Below, in pieces: positions 26,016-35,934 of a DNA stretch of 64,000 bases (position 1 is the first letter of the stretch; each line of letters opens with the position of its first letter). Position numbers and translations under genes: made by a program. Location of the stretch: the NCBI GenBank assembly GCA_026014815.1, contig JAOZHP010000076.1, positions 7,250 through 71,249 on the forward strand. The letters are read 5' to 3'. The DNA comes from Candidatus Bathyarchaeota archaeon. Lineage in GTDB: Archaea; Thermoproteota; Bathyarchaeia; TCS64. The notes under the pieces were generated by a model. It worked only from the letters and a program-made list of their open reading frames with translations, did no database searches and had not been told where the DNA came from.

Positions 26016-26051
26016 TATATTAAGAACACACTGAAACGATTTGAAACGATT
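26016..26051 (-). promoter_or_regulatory. TATA box (TTAATATA) with an upstream tandem 10-bp direct repeat (TGAAACGATT x2)
   Basis: Perfect repeats at 26032-26041 and 26042-26051; TATA at 26016-26023, 34 nt before ATG 25982. Confidence 0.55.
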
Positions 26052-26067
26052 TTCACCGGCATTTATT

Positions 26068-27336
26068 CTACCGGATTATACGAACGATATTCTTGTTCCC
26101 TACCTTCATCTCTTCCACAACGTTGATGCTAGCAAGCCGTTTTATGAGCCTCCAAGCTGTAGCCTTAGGAATCTCACAGTTATTCCGTATCTCTGAGCTC
26201 GATGCCGTGCCCCCTGACTCGACGATGAACCGTAACACCTTTTTCTCCGTCATCCTCAGGTCCTGGTGCTCCAAAAATATGGCTTCAAGGTCTATCTTTG
26301 CTTCTTTGGAGGGAATAATCTTCGGCAACTCAAGTGTATAGCCGAGTTTTTTTCTCTGAGTGTAGAGTAAACCGCCAAGCGATACGGTTCCAAGGATGAT
26401 AATGCCCGGAATCAACGGTGAAGCCCCTTCTGGTTGAGTCGCCCGTATGGACTGAGTATAGGCCTGAAGCGCTGTTGTCTCTGCTTTCCGGTAACTACCT
26501 TGACTATACCGCTCCTTGGCTGAGTCAAGGAATGATTCCGCTTCCTCTAATCCCTCAAGTCTACCCTCTGATCTGGCTAGAGTCACGGCTTCTTCGGCTT
26601 TATTCAACTCTTTATCGGCTGAGATGGCGTAATTCACGGAACCTATAGCTATTTCGTACGCATCATCGGCCTTGTTTTTAGCATCCAGAAATTGCTCTGT
26701 CTCGAATAAAACATGAGCTTGTGCTAGTAGGTCCTTTGCCCCTGTTAAAATGTAGCCCTCGGATTCTTTTCTTAATATATAATCATCAGCTTTCGAGATA
26801 GAAGTAACGGCCTCCTCCTTGATAATCGGCAACCCGATGAGGTAATAGACCGTGATCTCACCTGCCTCAAAATCGATGTACTGTTTACCGTCAACGGTTC
26901 CCAGATCTAAGGGAAAGTCGCTTAGATCAAAGAAGGCTGCGCCGTTGGGAAGAATTATCTTGGTTTCAACCGGTGAAGTTACGTTGATACACCAGACCTC
27001 GTTCTCTTTATCTGTCAGGCTGTTAGTCATATAACTGAAGAAAAGCTCTGAAGACCCGATACTGTCCACAGTGATATTGTTCCCGGAGGTGGTTGATCCC
27101 AGTGGAATTCCCTCCTCATTGCGGATGATCATGTTCCTGAAAGGTGCACCGAATAGCTCCACATCCACACGAACCTGAAGAATATTCGAGTAAACATGAT
27201 AGTTTACACTCGTTGTTCCGTCCATGAAGCAGGTAATGGTCAGTGACTGGGGTGTATACTGAGGTTCTGCATAGGTTTGTGATAAAACTGGCATTGTTAA
27301 TATTAAGAACATTAACACTAGCTTTGCTCTATGCAT
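26068..27336 (-). CDS. Membrane-anchored transcription regulator (extracellular domain, TM, C-terminal winged HTH)
   Basis: Signal peptide, beta domain, helical region, TM PLIPGIIILGTVSLGGLLY, then HTH EKKVLRFIVESGG..SSEIR..IPKATAWRLIKRL. Confidence 0.8.
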   Translation of the reverse strand: MHRAKLVLMFLILTMPVLSQTYAEPQYTPQSLTITCFMDGTTSVNYHVYSNILQVRVDVELFGAPFRNMIIRNEEGIPLGSTTSGNNITVDSIGSSELFFSYMTNSLTDKENEVWCINVTSPVETKIILPNGAAFFDLSDFPLDLGTVDGKQYIDFEAGEITVYYLIGLPIIKEEAVTSISKADDYILRKESEGYILTGAKDLLAQAHVLFETEQFLDAKNKADDAYEIAIGSVNYAISADKELNKAEEAVTLARSEGRLEGLEEAESFLDSAKERYSQGSYRKAETTALQAYTQSIRATQPEGASPLIPGIIILGTVSLGGLLYTQRKKLGYTLELPKIIPSKEAKIDLEAIFLEHQDLRMTEKKVLRFIVESGGTASSSEIRNNCEIPKATAWRLIKRLASINVVEEMKVGNKNIVRIIR

Positions 27337-27541
27337 TAAACTTCATTTGTTGGGACAGTTTATTCGCTATATAAATTTAGTTTAGCTATGTTCAATATTT
27401 TGATTCATGAATATTTCGTGATATTTTAGTAAGTATTGATGTTCTTCAATTAATAATTCATCTAAAAAACGTGTGATTCTTATCGTTCCAAAATGTTCCT
27501 CCTTGTTCTTATTATAATATGAACTCTTTTCCATAGCTACA

Positions 27542-27982
27542 ATGCTCAATCTGGGCGAAGATAATACTTGCACATCATGTGTTTATACCGAGGCTGAAAC
27601 CAGTCCAATCACACGTAACCGAGTTTTGATAGTGGATGACGACTTGGATATTCTTGAAGGATATCAGATCATTTTTGAAAATGAAGGATTTAACATCGAG
27701 TACAGTAGCGATCCCATCGATGCCTTACAAAAAGCTACGGAGAATCAATTTGATGTAGCTATCATGGACTATATGTTGCCTCACATGAGTGGCGACGAGT
27801 TAGCTGAAGGCCTACGTCGTATAAACAAAGATATGACACTAATCTTCGTCACCGGTTATGCTTATGCTGACGACGCCTGCAAGCCCAGGAACATTGAAGG
27901 AGTCAGCTTTTTAATGAAGCCGATAGAGCCTCTTCATTTGGTGACGACAATTAGATCGATTATTTCACGTTCATGTGGATAA
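27542..27982 (+). CDS. Stand-alone response regulator receiver protein
   Basis: VLIVDDD, IMDYMLP, FVTGY and KPI. Confidence 0.9.
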   Translation: MLNLGEDNTCTSCVYTEAETSPITRNRVLIVDDDLDILEGYQIIFENEGFNIEYSSDPIDALQKATENQFDVAIMDYMLPHMSGDELAEGLRRINKDMTLIFVTGYAYADDACKPRNIEGVSFLMKPIEPLHLVTTIRSIISRSCG

Positions 27983-28001
27983 CTCAAGAAACTTAATAGA
28001 A

Positions 28002-29849
28002 TCATTGGACACCTGAATCCACCTGAATAGGTGGATCGGTTAGCATCGAAATTTCATGCAAGAGCTGAGCATCTTGTTCTTCTGTATGAACCTTACCTTC
28101 TTCCTCAGATAATACTAAGGGTATACTAACTGTGAAAGAGGTCCCTACGCCTTCCTCTGACTCAATGCTGATCTCTCCGCCATGGGCTTCCACAATTCTT
28201 TTACATACAGCCAAACCCAAACCGGTGCCCTTTGCCTTGGTAGTAAAGAGCGGCTGAAACATCTTAGACATGTTTTCCTCGGAGATTCCTGTCCCTGTAT
28301 CCGAGACCACGATAACAGCCTGATTTTCGACCACTGAACCTTCAACTGTTAAATTTCCCCCCTCGGGCATGGCTTGTACTGCGTTGGTTAGCAGGTTCTG
28401 AAACACCCTCCGTAGAATGTTTCCATCCACGAGAACCCTTCGAAGGGTTTCCTCAAAACTCACGGAAACAATGGTGTCCATGGATAGGTTCAGTGTTTCA
28501 AGGACATCGTGGACTATTTGCTCTAGGTCTGTTTCTTCTATTACCAATTTTATTGTTCTGGAAAAGTCTTGTAGGTCTGAAACAATCTTATCCATGTAGC
28601 TAGTTTGTTCTCTGAACCTTGAATCGAGGTACTCAAGCTCTTTTATGTCCTTGCTGGTCATTCCACTGTCTTTCATTTTATCGATTCTTTTCTTAAGCCT
28701 CGAGTTGAGCATAAAGATTACTTGAAGAGGGTTTCGGAGGTCATGGCCTACCATTGCCGATGTCTGCCCGATTGTAGCCATCCTCTCGCTTTCTTTTAAA
28801 CGATACTGGTACTCGTTCAACGCCTCAAGCATTTCATCGATGTTCTCCGATAACGTTGAAATCTCGTCTTCTCCGGGGATCGTGAGTTTTCGTGTATCTA
28901 TACTATGGGGGTCAATCTGACTTACTTCGCTGCTGAGCTTTACGATTTTTGATAGAATGAACTTATTCATGCTGATTATGGCAATCAATGCCACTGTAGC
29001 GCCGACAAGGACGCTTGATCCGAGGAAATAACTCAAACTCAGTAATCCTTGCTTATAGAACTCTCTTGGCGCATCTACCTGCATGAAAAGAATTGATTCC
29101 CCGTAAATATCGTAGAGCCCTACGAATCCTGCGACTCTATCTTCGCTTGACCTTTCGATGACAATGTTATCCGGGTTCGTGTGCAGGAAAAGAGTGTTGT
29201 ACTCTACTTCTTCTGGAAGATACATGACATCATGAATGTTTAACGATAAGAATGTGGCTTCCCGTAACTTATCTATCTCTATTTCATCGAGATATCTCCC
29301 GCATATCAAGGAACCCATCACAGGACCCGACTGATCGCTTGTCAATATACGTCTTGAAGAAATAATGACGGGGCCTTCATCAGTCATGATCATACCTGAT
29401 ACTCCTCTCTGAAGGTCTGAACCCTGAGTAGCTGTCTCTTTTTGTATGTAGTTTATCATTGAGGGTAAGACCGGGACACTCTTCAACTCCATGAGATCAA
29501 ACGCCTTTGTATGAACAATCAAGCCGTTGTTATCAATGAATACCATGAAGCTGATCTCAGAGCCTATGAAAGTCGAGCTTGACATCAAGTCGTTTATGAA
29601 GTGTTTGAATGAGCTCTGCATGAAGTAATATGTGTCATCATTCGCGGCGAACCCTTGTGTGGTCTGATCCAACTCCTTTATTCGAAGGTCAAGTGTGTGA
29701 AGCCCCAACTCAGTCTGTGTCTGGATGTCTTTCATCTCGATATTCAGGAACCCACGCATAAGAAACTGGTTAGTGGTGACAAATACGCCCATGAATATTA
29801 GGACGTAACTTACACCGAAGATTATAACCAGTTTCTTAGTTAGCTTCAA
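28002..29849 (-). CDS. Sensor histidine kinase (CHASE4-like, HAMP, HisKA, HATPase_c)
   Basis: Two TMs flanking a sensor domain; H box GHDLRNPL; NLLTNA, DTGTG and TTKAKGTGLGL. Confidence 0.93.
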   Translation of the reverse strand: MKLTKKLVIIFGVSYVLIFMGVFVTTNQFLMRGFLNIEMKDIQTQTELGLHTLDLRIKELDQTTQGFAANDDTYYFMQSSFKHFINDLMSSSTFIGSEISFMVFIDNNGLIVHTKAFDLMELKSVPVLPSMINYIQKETATQGSDLQRGVSGMIMTDEGPVIISSRRILTSDQSGPVMGSLICGRYLDEIEIDKLREATFLSLNIHDVMYLPEEVEYNTLFLHTNPDNIVIERSSEDRVAGFVGLYDIYGESILFMQVDAPREFYKQGLLSLSYFLGSSVLVGATVALIAIISMNKFILSKIVKLSSEVSQIDPHSIDTRKLTIPGEDEISTLSENIDEMLEALNEYQYRLKESERMATIGQTSAMVGHDLRNPLQVIFMLNSRLKKRIDKMKDSGMTSKDIKELEYLDSRFREQTSYMDKIVSDLQDFSRTIKLVIEETDLEQIVHDVLETLNLSMDTIVSVSFEETLRRVLVDGNILRRVFQNLLTNAVQAMPEGGNLTVEGSVVENQAVIVVSDTGTGISEENMSKMFQPLFTTKAKGTGLGLAVCKRIVEAHGGEISIESEEGVGTSFTVSIPLVLSEEEGKVHTEEQDAQLLHEISMLTDPPIQVDSGVQ

Positions 29850-29870
29850 TTTTTACACCATGGAACCTGT

Positions 29871-30242
29871 TTATACTGAGGGTGAATCGAAGAAATCTTG
29901 CACAACATCAACGAGCATGGATTCAGAAATCGGCTTTAGAATCACATCCAGAATCACATCATCTGTCTTGATCCGGTCCTTTAACTCGTTTACACCAGTG
30001 ATGAAAATTATCTTGATTTCCTTGTCCATTCGGATGAGTTCATCCGCGACCTGTATTCCATCAATATCCGCTAATTTATGATCAAGCAACACTAAACTGA
30101 ATCTCTGTTTACTCGCCTTTTCGATGGCTTCTCCTCCGGTTACGGCAGTCTCAACCCAGTATCCATGCTCCTCCAAGGCTACCTTGAAGAGGTAGATGAT
30201 ATCTTCATCATCATCTACAATTAGGATAGAGTCATCTCTCAA
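29871..30242 (-). CDS. Stand-alone response regulator receiver protein
   Basis: ILIVDDD, LLD, FITG and KPI; close paralog of 11619-12023. Confidence 0.92.
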   Translation of the reverse strand: MRDDSILIVDDDEDIIYLFKVALEEHGYWVETAVTGGEAIEKASKQRFSLVLLDHKLADIDGIQVADELIRMDKEIKIIFITGVNELKDRIKTDDVILDVILKPISESMLVDVVQDFFDSPSV

Positions 30243-30455
30243 TTGAATCGGTTTTCCCTATATGTTTCAGTATATAATGAATATGGAAAATATTTCTTCT
30301 ATTGATAACATTTATTTTGACGCATTTTTCACGAACTACAATTAAACAATCATGAAAAACTTTCATACTGTTTCATCGGATAATGCACATAGAAAATAGT
30401 AACGAGAAATTAAGGTCCTTGACTCAATTTATTGGAACTACAGGCTGGAAAAATG

Positions 30456-31367
30456 TTAAAGATCCGCTCTGGTTGTTAACACGAATCGGTCGAACTGATA
30501 TCGTCGTACTTTGATGTCATAGTTCACGGCTATTGACCTGCTTTCTTTGTAGTTTTTCAATTTACCGGCTTTGATATCCTTTGCTACTTTCAGCATCTCT
30601 TTCATTAACTCTTTCTCGACCAGTGGCTCATTATGGGCGGGCATTAGCAGGTCATAGTGTGGCATCAGGTCTACGAGTTTTCTGCAGCTGGTGATGAAGT
30701 CGTCATGGTCTCTCCCTGGGAGATAAGAAGTCACTCCTCCGGTGTAGAAGATGTCACCAGTATAGAGGTATCTACCTTCGCGGTCAAGCAGGCTTATGTG
30801 ATTGCTGCTGTGACCCGGCGTATAGACAATCTCCAGTGTTCTGCCTCCAAGGTCTACCCTATCACCATCCTGTAGCCACTGAGTGACGAGGTAAGGCGGC
30901 GCATAATAGTTGTCAGGATCAAAATCCTCTGGATAGTCCCTGATGACGTATCCTTCCTCGATGATCTCACCCATCTTGTCTTTGCCGAGGCCCTTGGCTG
31001 CGCTTTCCCAGCTCATCACGTCGTCGTAGAGGGCTATCTCAGTGAAGTCCTTGCAGCCTCCGATATGGTCGTTATGTGTGTGAGTCAGCAACAGGAAGTA
31101 TGGCTTGTCAGTGAGCTCCTCGACTAGCTTGTCCAGATGTCCTATGCCTGTGCCGCCGTCGATGACTACCGCGCGTTCATATCCGATCACCAAGTACATG
31201 AGTGCCTCGTCGTATTGGCCTCCCTCGTAAAGCGCGTACAGCCAGTCATGTATCCTGTAGACATCGTACCATGGCTGACTGGTCTCTACTTTCTCAAGTG
31301 AAGCATAGATTTTCCGTGGTAGTACGTCAAACCAGTTTCCAGTTGACCCTGCGTCTTCCTCGGACAT
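30456..31367 (-). CDS. MBL-fold metallo-hydrolase (paralog of 21975-22892)
   Basis: THTHNDHIGG, TPGHS, TGD and PAHNEP; likely ATG 31367. Confidence 0.92.
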   Translation of the reverse strand: MSEEDAGSTGNWFDVLPRKIYASLEKVETSQPWYDVYRIHDWLYALYEGGQYDEALMYLVIGYERAVVIDGGTGIGHLDKLVEELTDKPYFLLLTHTHNDHIGGCKDFTEIALYDDVMSWESAAKGLGKDKMGEIIEEGYVIRDYPEDFDPDNYYAPPYLVTQWLQDGDRVDLGGRTLEIVYTPGHSSNHISLLDREGRYLYTGDIFYTGGVTSYLPGRDHDDFITSCRKLVDLMPHYDLLMPAHNEPLVEKELMKEMLKVAKDIKAGKLKNYKESRSIAVNYDIKVRRYQFDRFVLTTRADL

Positions 31368-31457
31368 ACAGGAAGAGCCACCGATAGCAGTTATTACATT
31401 ATCGCGGTTCCTGTTCAATAATTAACGTTAAAAGCCGGCTAGTTACCTTAGCGAAGT

Positions 31458-32738
31458 ATGGTATATGATATCCTCATCATCGGGGCAGGGGTCATGGGCC
31501 TCACCTCAGCTTACTACATGAAGAAACGTGACCCCTCTAAGAAGATCGTGGTCATAGACAAGTATAGTGGACCCGCCCAGGGAAACAGCGCCAAGAGTGA
31601 GGGAGGGTTCAGGAACACCTTCGCCAGCGAGACCAACTACTTGATGGCCGACACCAGCATCGACTACTTCAAGCACATGCAGGAAGAGATGGGGTACGAC
31701 ATGAAGCTGGAGTTCATTGGGTACCTCTGGCTGTTCAACGAGGAACAATACGAGGGCATTAAGCCAAGCCTCGACATCATGAGGGGCAGGGGCGTCGAGC
31801 TAGATGTCTATACTCGGGACCAGCTTGAATCAATGATACCAAGCCTCATGACCGATTTCGACGATGACGAGGAAGCAGAGCTACTGGGCCTCAGAAACGT
31901 GGACTACGGCGTCTATGGTAGGAAATGCGGTAGCCTCGACGCGGACGCCCTTGTCAGGGCGTATGAAGCCGAGTTCCTCAAGCTTGGGGGTGAGGTCATG
32001 TACAACACCGAGGTAACGAGTCTCATACTCAAGCCCGAGGAGGAGCTAGGCATTCCTGGTGAGCCATTCGTCTGGCAGAAATCAAACATAGTCGGGGTGG
32101 AGACAAGCAAGGGCGAGATACTCGCCGAGACAACAGTGGTAGCATGCGGAGTCTGGAGCCACATCCTTCTAGACGGTATCGGTCTCGACAGCTTCCAGCG
32201 GCCCAAGAAGCGGCAGCTGTTCGCCTTCAAGGACACCAAGCTTGACCCGGTGATGAAGACCGAGGGACTTAACCCCGAGAACGCGCTACCGTTGGTGATT
32301 CTACCAACCGCAGGTATCTTCCTAAAGGTGGAACTCACCGAGGGAAGCATCTGGTTGGGCTGCGCTGATATGATGGGTCGCAAGTTTGAGCTTGAGGAAG
32401 ACCCTCAGCCTGAGGACGACTACTACACCAACAATATCTACCACGCCCTCGTTATGTACTTCCCTGACTTCGAGGACGTACGTCCCATGAATAGCTGGGC
32501 AGGCCAATACTCCATCAACAGCTTCGACGAGACCCCTGTCATCTATAAAGAGCCCGGCCTCATCTACGTTGGATCGGGGAGCGGTAGCGGTATCATGAAG
32601 GGCGACGCCATCGGCAGGATAGTGGACGCTCTACATGCAGGTGAAGAAAACGCTGAGCTTTACGGTGGTACAAAGTTCAAGGTAAGTGACCTCGGCGTGA
32701 AAAATCGGTGCGTCGAACGCGAGGAGTTCGTTATCTAG
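31458..32738 (+). CDS. FAD-dependent oxidoreductase, DAO family (sarcosine oxidase / proline dehydrogenase beta-like)
   Basis: IIGAGVMG, GNSAKSEG, WAGQY and GSGSGIMK. Confidence 0.88.
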   Translation: MVYDILIIGAGVMGLTSAYYMKKRDPSKKIVVIDKYSGPAQGNSAKSEGGFRNTFASETNYLMADTSIDYFKHMQEEMGYDMKLEFIGYLWLFNEEQYEGIKPSLDIMRGRGVELDVYTRDQLESMIPSLMTDFDDDEEAELLGLRNVDYGVYGRKCGSLDADALVRAYEAEFLKLGGEVMYNTEVTSLILKPEEELGIPGEPFVWQKSNIVGVETSKGEILAETTVVACGVWSHILLDGIGLDSFQRPKKRQLFAFKDTKLDPVMKTEGLNPENALPLVILPTAGIFLKVELTEGSIWLGCADMMGRKFELEEDPQPEDDYYTNNIYHALVMYFPDFEDVRPMNSWAGQYSINSFDETPVIYKEPGLIYVGSGSGSGIMKGDAIGRIVDALHAGEENAELYGGTKFKVSDLGVKNRCVEREEFVI

Positions 32739-32751
32739 AGAGCCTAAGCTC

Positions 32752-33669
32752 TCACTCCCTATTCTTTACGCCTTTTATGACTCCTTCAACTAGTCTGTAC
32801 ACGGATTTCAAGCCTCTTCTCTCGGTGTCTCGTCGCCATGGATAGGACGCCATACCGAAGCCCTTTGCCTTCGGGGTTCTGAACATGATCTCCAGCGCTT
32901 CCCCAAGTTCATCCGCGGTGGGGCCGTTCTCCACCGGCAGCCCTGCTCCAGGGATGTCATCGGGATCGAGAATGTCAAGGTCCACGTGGATGTAGATGAT
33001 GTCCGTGACCGATGCGAGGCGCTCCATCTCTTCACTAATCTTCGGGGTCAGGTTCTTCAGGTCCGGTACTGTTACCTGAGGAATATTATGAGTGTCGATG
33101 AGGTGCTGCTCCCATGGATCAGTGTCCCTGACACCCACCATCGTGACATACTTCATGGGTAGCGGTGGATCTAAGCCGCAAGCTCTTCTGACGTGATGGA
33201 GGCATAGACCTGTGCTGATGGCTACGGGCATTCCGCCCATCATGCCGCTTAGGCTTGTCTCAGGCGTATTGAAGTCACCGTGAGCATCGATCCATACGAG
33301 GCCTACCCTGAGGGGTTTCCAGCTTGGTCCCGCTCTCTGGTGTCCCGCCAACATCCCCATGAGGCCGTTACAGTTCGCCAAAAGCCCGATGGGTAAGACC
33401 TCCGTTTTGATCTGGTTTGCCACGATGTCTGCGAGGTGATTGCTGGCGAGTCCAAGCCTGTATCTTGCTCCGTATACCTTTTCCTCCTCTGCTGTGAGTT
33501 TCGCTGCTTTACTCTCCACTACCTCACAGTCCCACTTTTTAAGAAGGTTCAGGAGGCCACCTTCCTCCATTGTCTTGGGGCCCTCGTCCTGCTCGGTCCT
33601 ACCAAGGTGCCCGCTGTAAGTCAGTTTGGGTATCCCTACCTTGATCTTGCTCAATGAATAACGCCACAA
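32752..33669 (-). CDS. Arginase/ureohydrolase family protein (divergent)
   Basis: WIDAHGDFNTP, VGVRD and HVDLDILDP. Confidence 0.85.
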   Translation of the reverse strand: MWRYSLSKIKVGIPKLTYSGHLGRTEQDEGPKTMEEGGLLNLLKKWDCEVVESKAAKLTAEEEKVYGARYRLGLASNHLADIVANQIKTEVLPIGLLANCNGLMGMLAGHQRAGPSWKPLRVGLVWIDAHGDFNTPETSLSGMMGGMPVAISTGLCLHHVRRACGLDPPLPMKYVTMVGVRDTDPWEQHLIDTHNIPQVTVPDLKNLTPKISEEMERLASVTDIIYIHVDLDILDPDDIPGAGLPVENGPTADELGEALEIMFRTPKAKGFGMASYPWRRDTERRGLKSVYRLVEGVIKGVKNRE

Positions 33670-33723
33670 AGTACACGGTGTGTTATAGCTAAAAGCCTGT
33701 TGAAAAGAAAAAAGAGAAGAAGA

Positions 33724-34158
33724 TTAGTATCTTCTGCCCCGTCCGCGGTCCCTGTCACCGCGTCCGTAGCTTCGGCGTGTGTATTCTACCTGCTTGTCAG
33801 AGATATTGTTATCGAGGTTCACATCCTCGAAGGGGTCCTCGTCTTGCTCCTCATAGCTGCCGTAGCGACCCAGGTTGAGACGCATGCTTCCCTTGAAGAC
33901 GTTCACGTAAGCGTTGTTGAGCTTGAGAATGCTATCCTCTGTGATCGCGTCAATAGCGTCATCCCAGAGTGTGAGAAGGATGCTGCCTGTGTCGTCCGCC
34001 ACAAGAGCCTCGCTGACTCGGTGTGAAGAGTTATCGGTTCTTGAGGTCACCTCACGGACCTCGTTCTTGCTAATAACCTTAGCGACTGTGTATACGCGCC
34101 TAGAAAAGCTGTTCAGGTCACCGATCTTAACCATCGGTTCTTCTTCATGATCTGCCAT
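33724..34158 (-). CDS. ssb: Single-stranded DNA-binding protein (single OB fold, acidic/RG tail)
   Basis: VSEALVADDTGSILLTLWD, NAYVNVFKGSMRLNLGRYG and a C-terminal RGDRDRGRGRRY. Confidence 0.88.
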   Translation of the reverse strand: MADHEEEPMVKIGDLNSFSRRVYTVAKVISKNEVREVTSRTDNSSHRVSEALVADDTGSILLTLWDDAIDAITEDSILKLNNAYVNVFKGSMRLNLGRYGSYEEQDEDPFEDVNLDNNISDKQVEYTRRSYGRGDRDRGRGRRY

Positions 34159-34260
34159 GTATTGTACTCTCGAAATAGTGCAACAGTGTCTAGTTCTACC
34201 AGCGTTTAAGGGTTCCCTGAGCCCTCAGATTCTTAACTCTCCTCTGTCTCATTCATCTCT

Positions 34261-35358
34261 ATGAAGATGTTCAGGGAGCCATTCCCCATTACAGATGAAG
34301 TGGTCTACATGAACGTGGCAAACCACGGTCCACCGTCAACGCCAGTTAAGAAAGCCATAGAAACATTTCTTGAAGACTGGGATAGGCTCAGTCGTCACGG
34401 CGACGTTAAGGTGAAGGAAGCCAACGCTAGCTTCGCCAAGCTAATCAACGCCGACAAAGAAGAGGTAGCGTGCCAACCAAACACCTCGAGGGGCCTCGCC
34501 CCCGTCGCTGCGAGTCTAGGGCTCGGGAAAGGCGACAATGTGGTTACCAATGACCTAGAGAACTGGGCAAACGTGTACCCATGGACCAATCTCAAAGCAA
34601 AAGGCGTCGAGGTCAGAAGAGTCTACGGCAGAGACGGCGCTATTCAACTTGAGGACATCGAAAAACAAGTCGATGACCGCACGCGCGTCGTCAGCATAAG
34701 CCAAGTTCAGTGGCTCACAGGCGCCCGTCATCACCTGAAACCACTCGCGGATCTGGTCCATGACCACGGAGGGTACCTCGTAGTGGATGGGATCCAAGCC
34801 GCGGGCGCCTTAAAGGTGGATGTAAAACGAGAGGACGTGGACTTTTACGCGTGTGGAAGCTACAAGTGGCTCCTAGGCCCATCTGGTGCAGGATTCCTTT
34901 ACGCTCGAAGAGAACTCCTCGACCGAATTCACCCGGTTGAGTATGGTTATAGAGCCATCAAGAAACATAGCCTTGACGGACCCACACTGAAGGAAACCGC
35001 TGAGAAACTGGAGTTCGGGGAACCCAGCTATCTGAGCTTCGTGGGAACCAAGGCAAGCATCGACCTAATGAACCGCCTTGGACTGGAAGAAATCGAGAAC
35101 CAGATACTGAAGTTGAGTCAGCACCTCTACGACGGTTTAACCGAGCTCTGCGTCAAATTAGTCTCCCCTGAAGACAAGTCTCTTCGTTCAGGCGTTGTAA
35201 GCTTCACTACCAAGGACACGGAGAACCACTTCAAAGCCCTCAAAGACGAGGGTTTTGTGATAAGCCTTCGACCAGCGGGAATTAGAGTCAGCACAGGTTT
35301 CTATAATACCATGGAGGAGGTTGACAAGCTTCTCGAAAGACTCAAAACCCTCCAATAA
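34261..35358 (+). CDS. PLP-dependent aminotransferase class V (cysteine desulfurase/lyase-like)
   Basis: VDGIQAAG, SYKWLLGP and IRVS..YNT. Confidence 0.88.
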   Translation: MKMFREPFPITDEVVYMNVANHGPPSTPVKKAIETFLEDWDRLSRHGDVKVKEANASFAKLINADKEEVACQPNTSRGLAPVAASLGLGKGDNVVTNDLENWANVYPWTNLKAKGVEVRRVYGRDGAIQLEDIEKQVDDRTRVVSISQVQWLTGARHHLKPLADLVHDHGGYLVVDGIQAAGALKVDVKREDVDFYACGSYKWLLGPSGAGFLYARRELLDRIHPVEYGYRAIKKHSLDGPTLKETAEKLEFGEPSYLSFVGTKASIDLMNRLGLEEIENQILKLSQHLYDGLTELCVKLVSPEDKSLRSGVVSFTTKDTENHFKALKDEGFVISLRPAGIRVSTGFYNTMEEVDKLLERLKTLQ

Positions 35359-35364
35359 GGGAAT

Positions 35365-35934
35365 GTGGCAGAGATGGTTACAGCCCAGAGGATCACGGAC
35401 ACTGACTGGTACATAGCCGTGGCAGGTGTGAGAGACGCGAGTATAATCAGTGTTGACAGGACCCTTGAAGAGATCAGAGACATCGCAGGTGACGCTATCT
35501 TCCAGCTGTTTGACGCTGAGAAGGTAGCTGGCTCAAGGCATCTTATACATGCGGCAATCAACGCCGTTAAGGCTTTAGAGACCGGCGCCGCTGTCTCCAA
35601 GAGCCTCGACGTGGAGACTCTTCTTTACGCCTCATGTCACGACCAGATCTCCAAAGCCTTTCAGGTAATGGGATTAAAGGATGGAGTCATGAGCGTGGCA
35701 GTAATTGTACTGGCTAAGAAAATGGGTGAGGTCATTGAGAAGGCTGAGCAGATCGCCGAAAAGCTCGGTGATATGGATGACTCCGTGCTTGAACTTTTCC
35801 CATTAAAATACGAGGCACTTAAGAAAGCATATGAGGTAACCGAAGAAGCCATCACGATCATGGGGACTGAGCCCTATGATTCCTTGACTAGCCTCATTAT
35901 CGAGAAAGGCTCGTTACTTCCCCTTAGAAAGTAG
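35365..35934 (+). CDS. cgi121: KEOPS complex subunit Cgi121
   Basis: QLFDAEKVAGSRHL and SLDVETLLYAS..QISKA. Confidence 0.88.
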   Translation: MAEMVTAQRITDTDWYIAVAGVRDASIISVDRTLEEIRDIAGDAIFQLFDAEKVAGSRHLIHAAINAVKALETGAAVSKSLDVETLLYASCHDQISKAFQVMGLKDGVMSVAVIVLAKKMGEVIEKAEQIAEKLGDMDDSVLELFPLKYEALKKAYEVTEEAITIMGTEPYDSLTSLIIEKGSLLPLRK

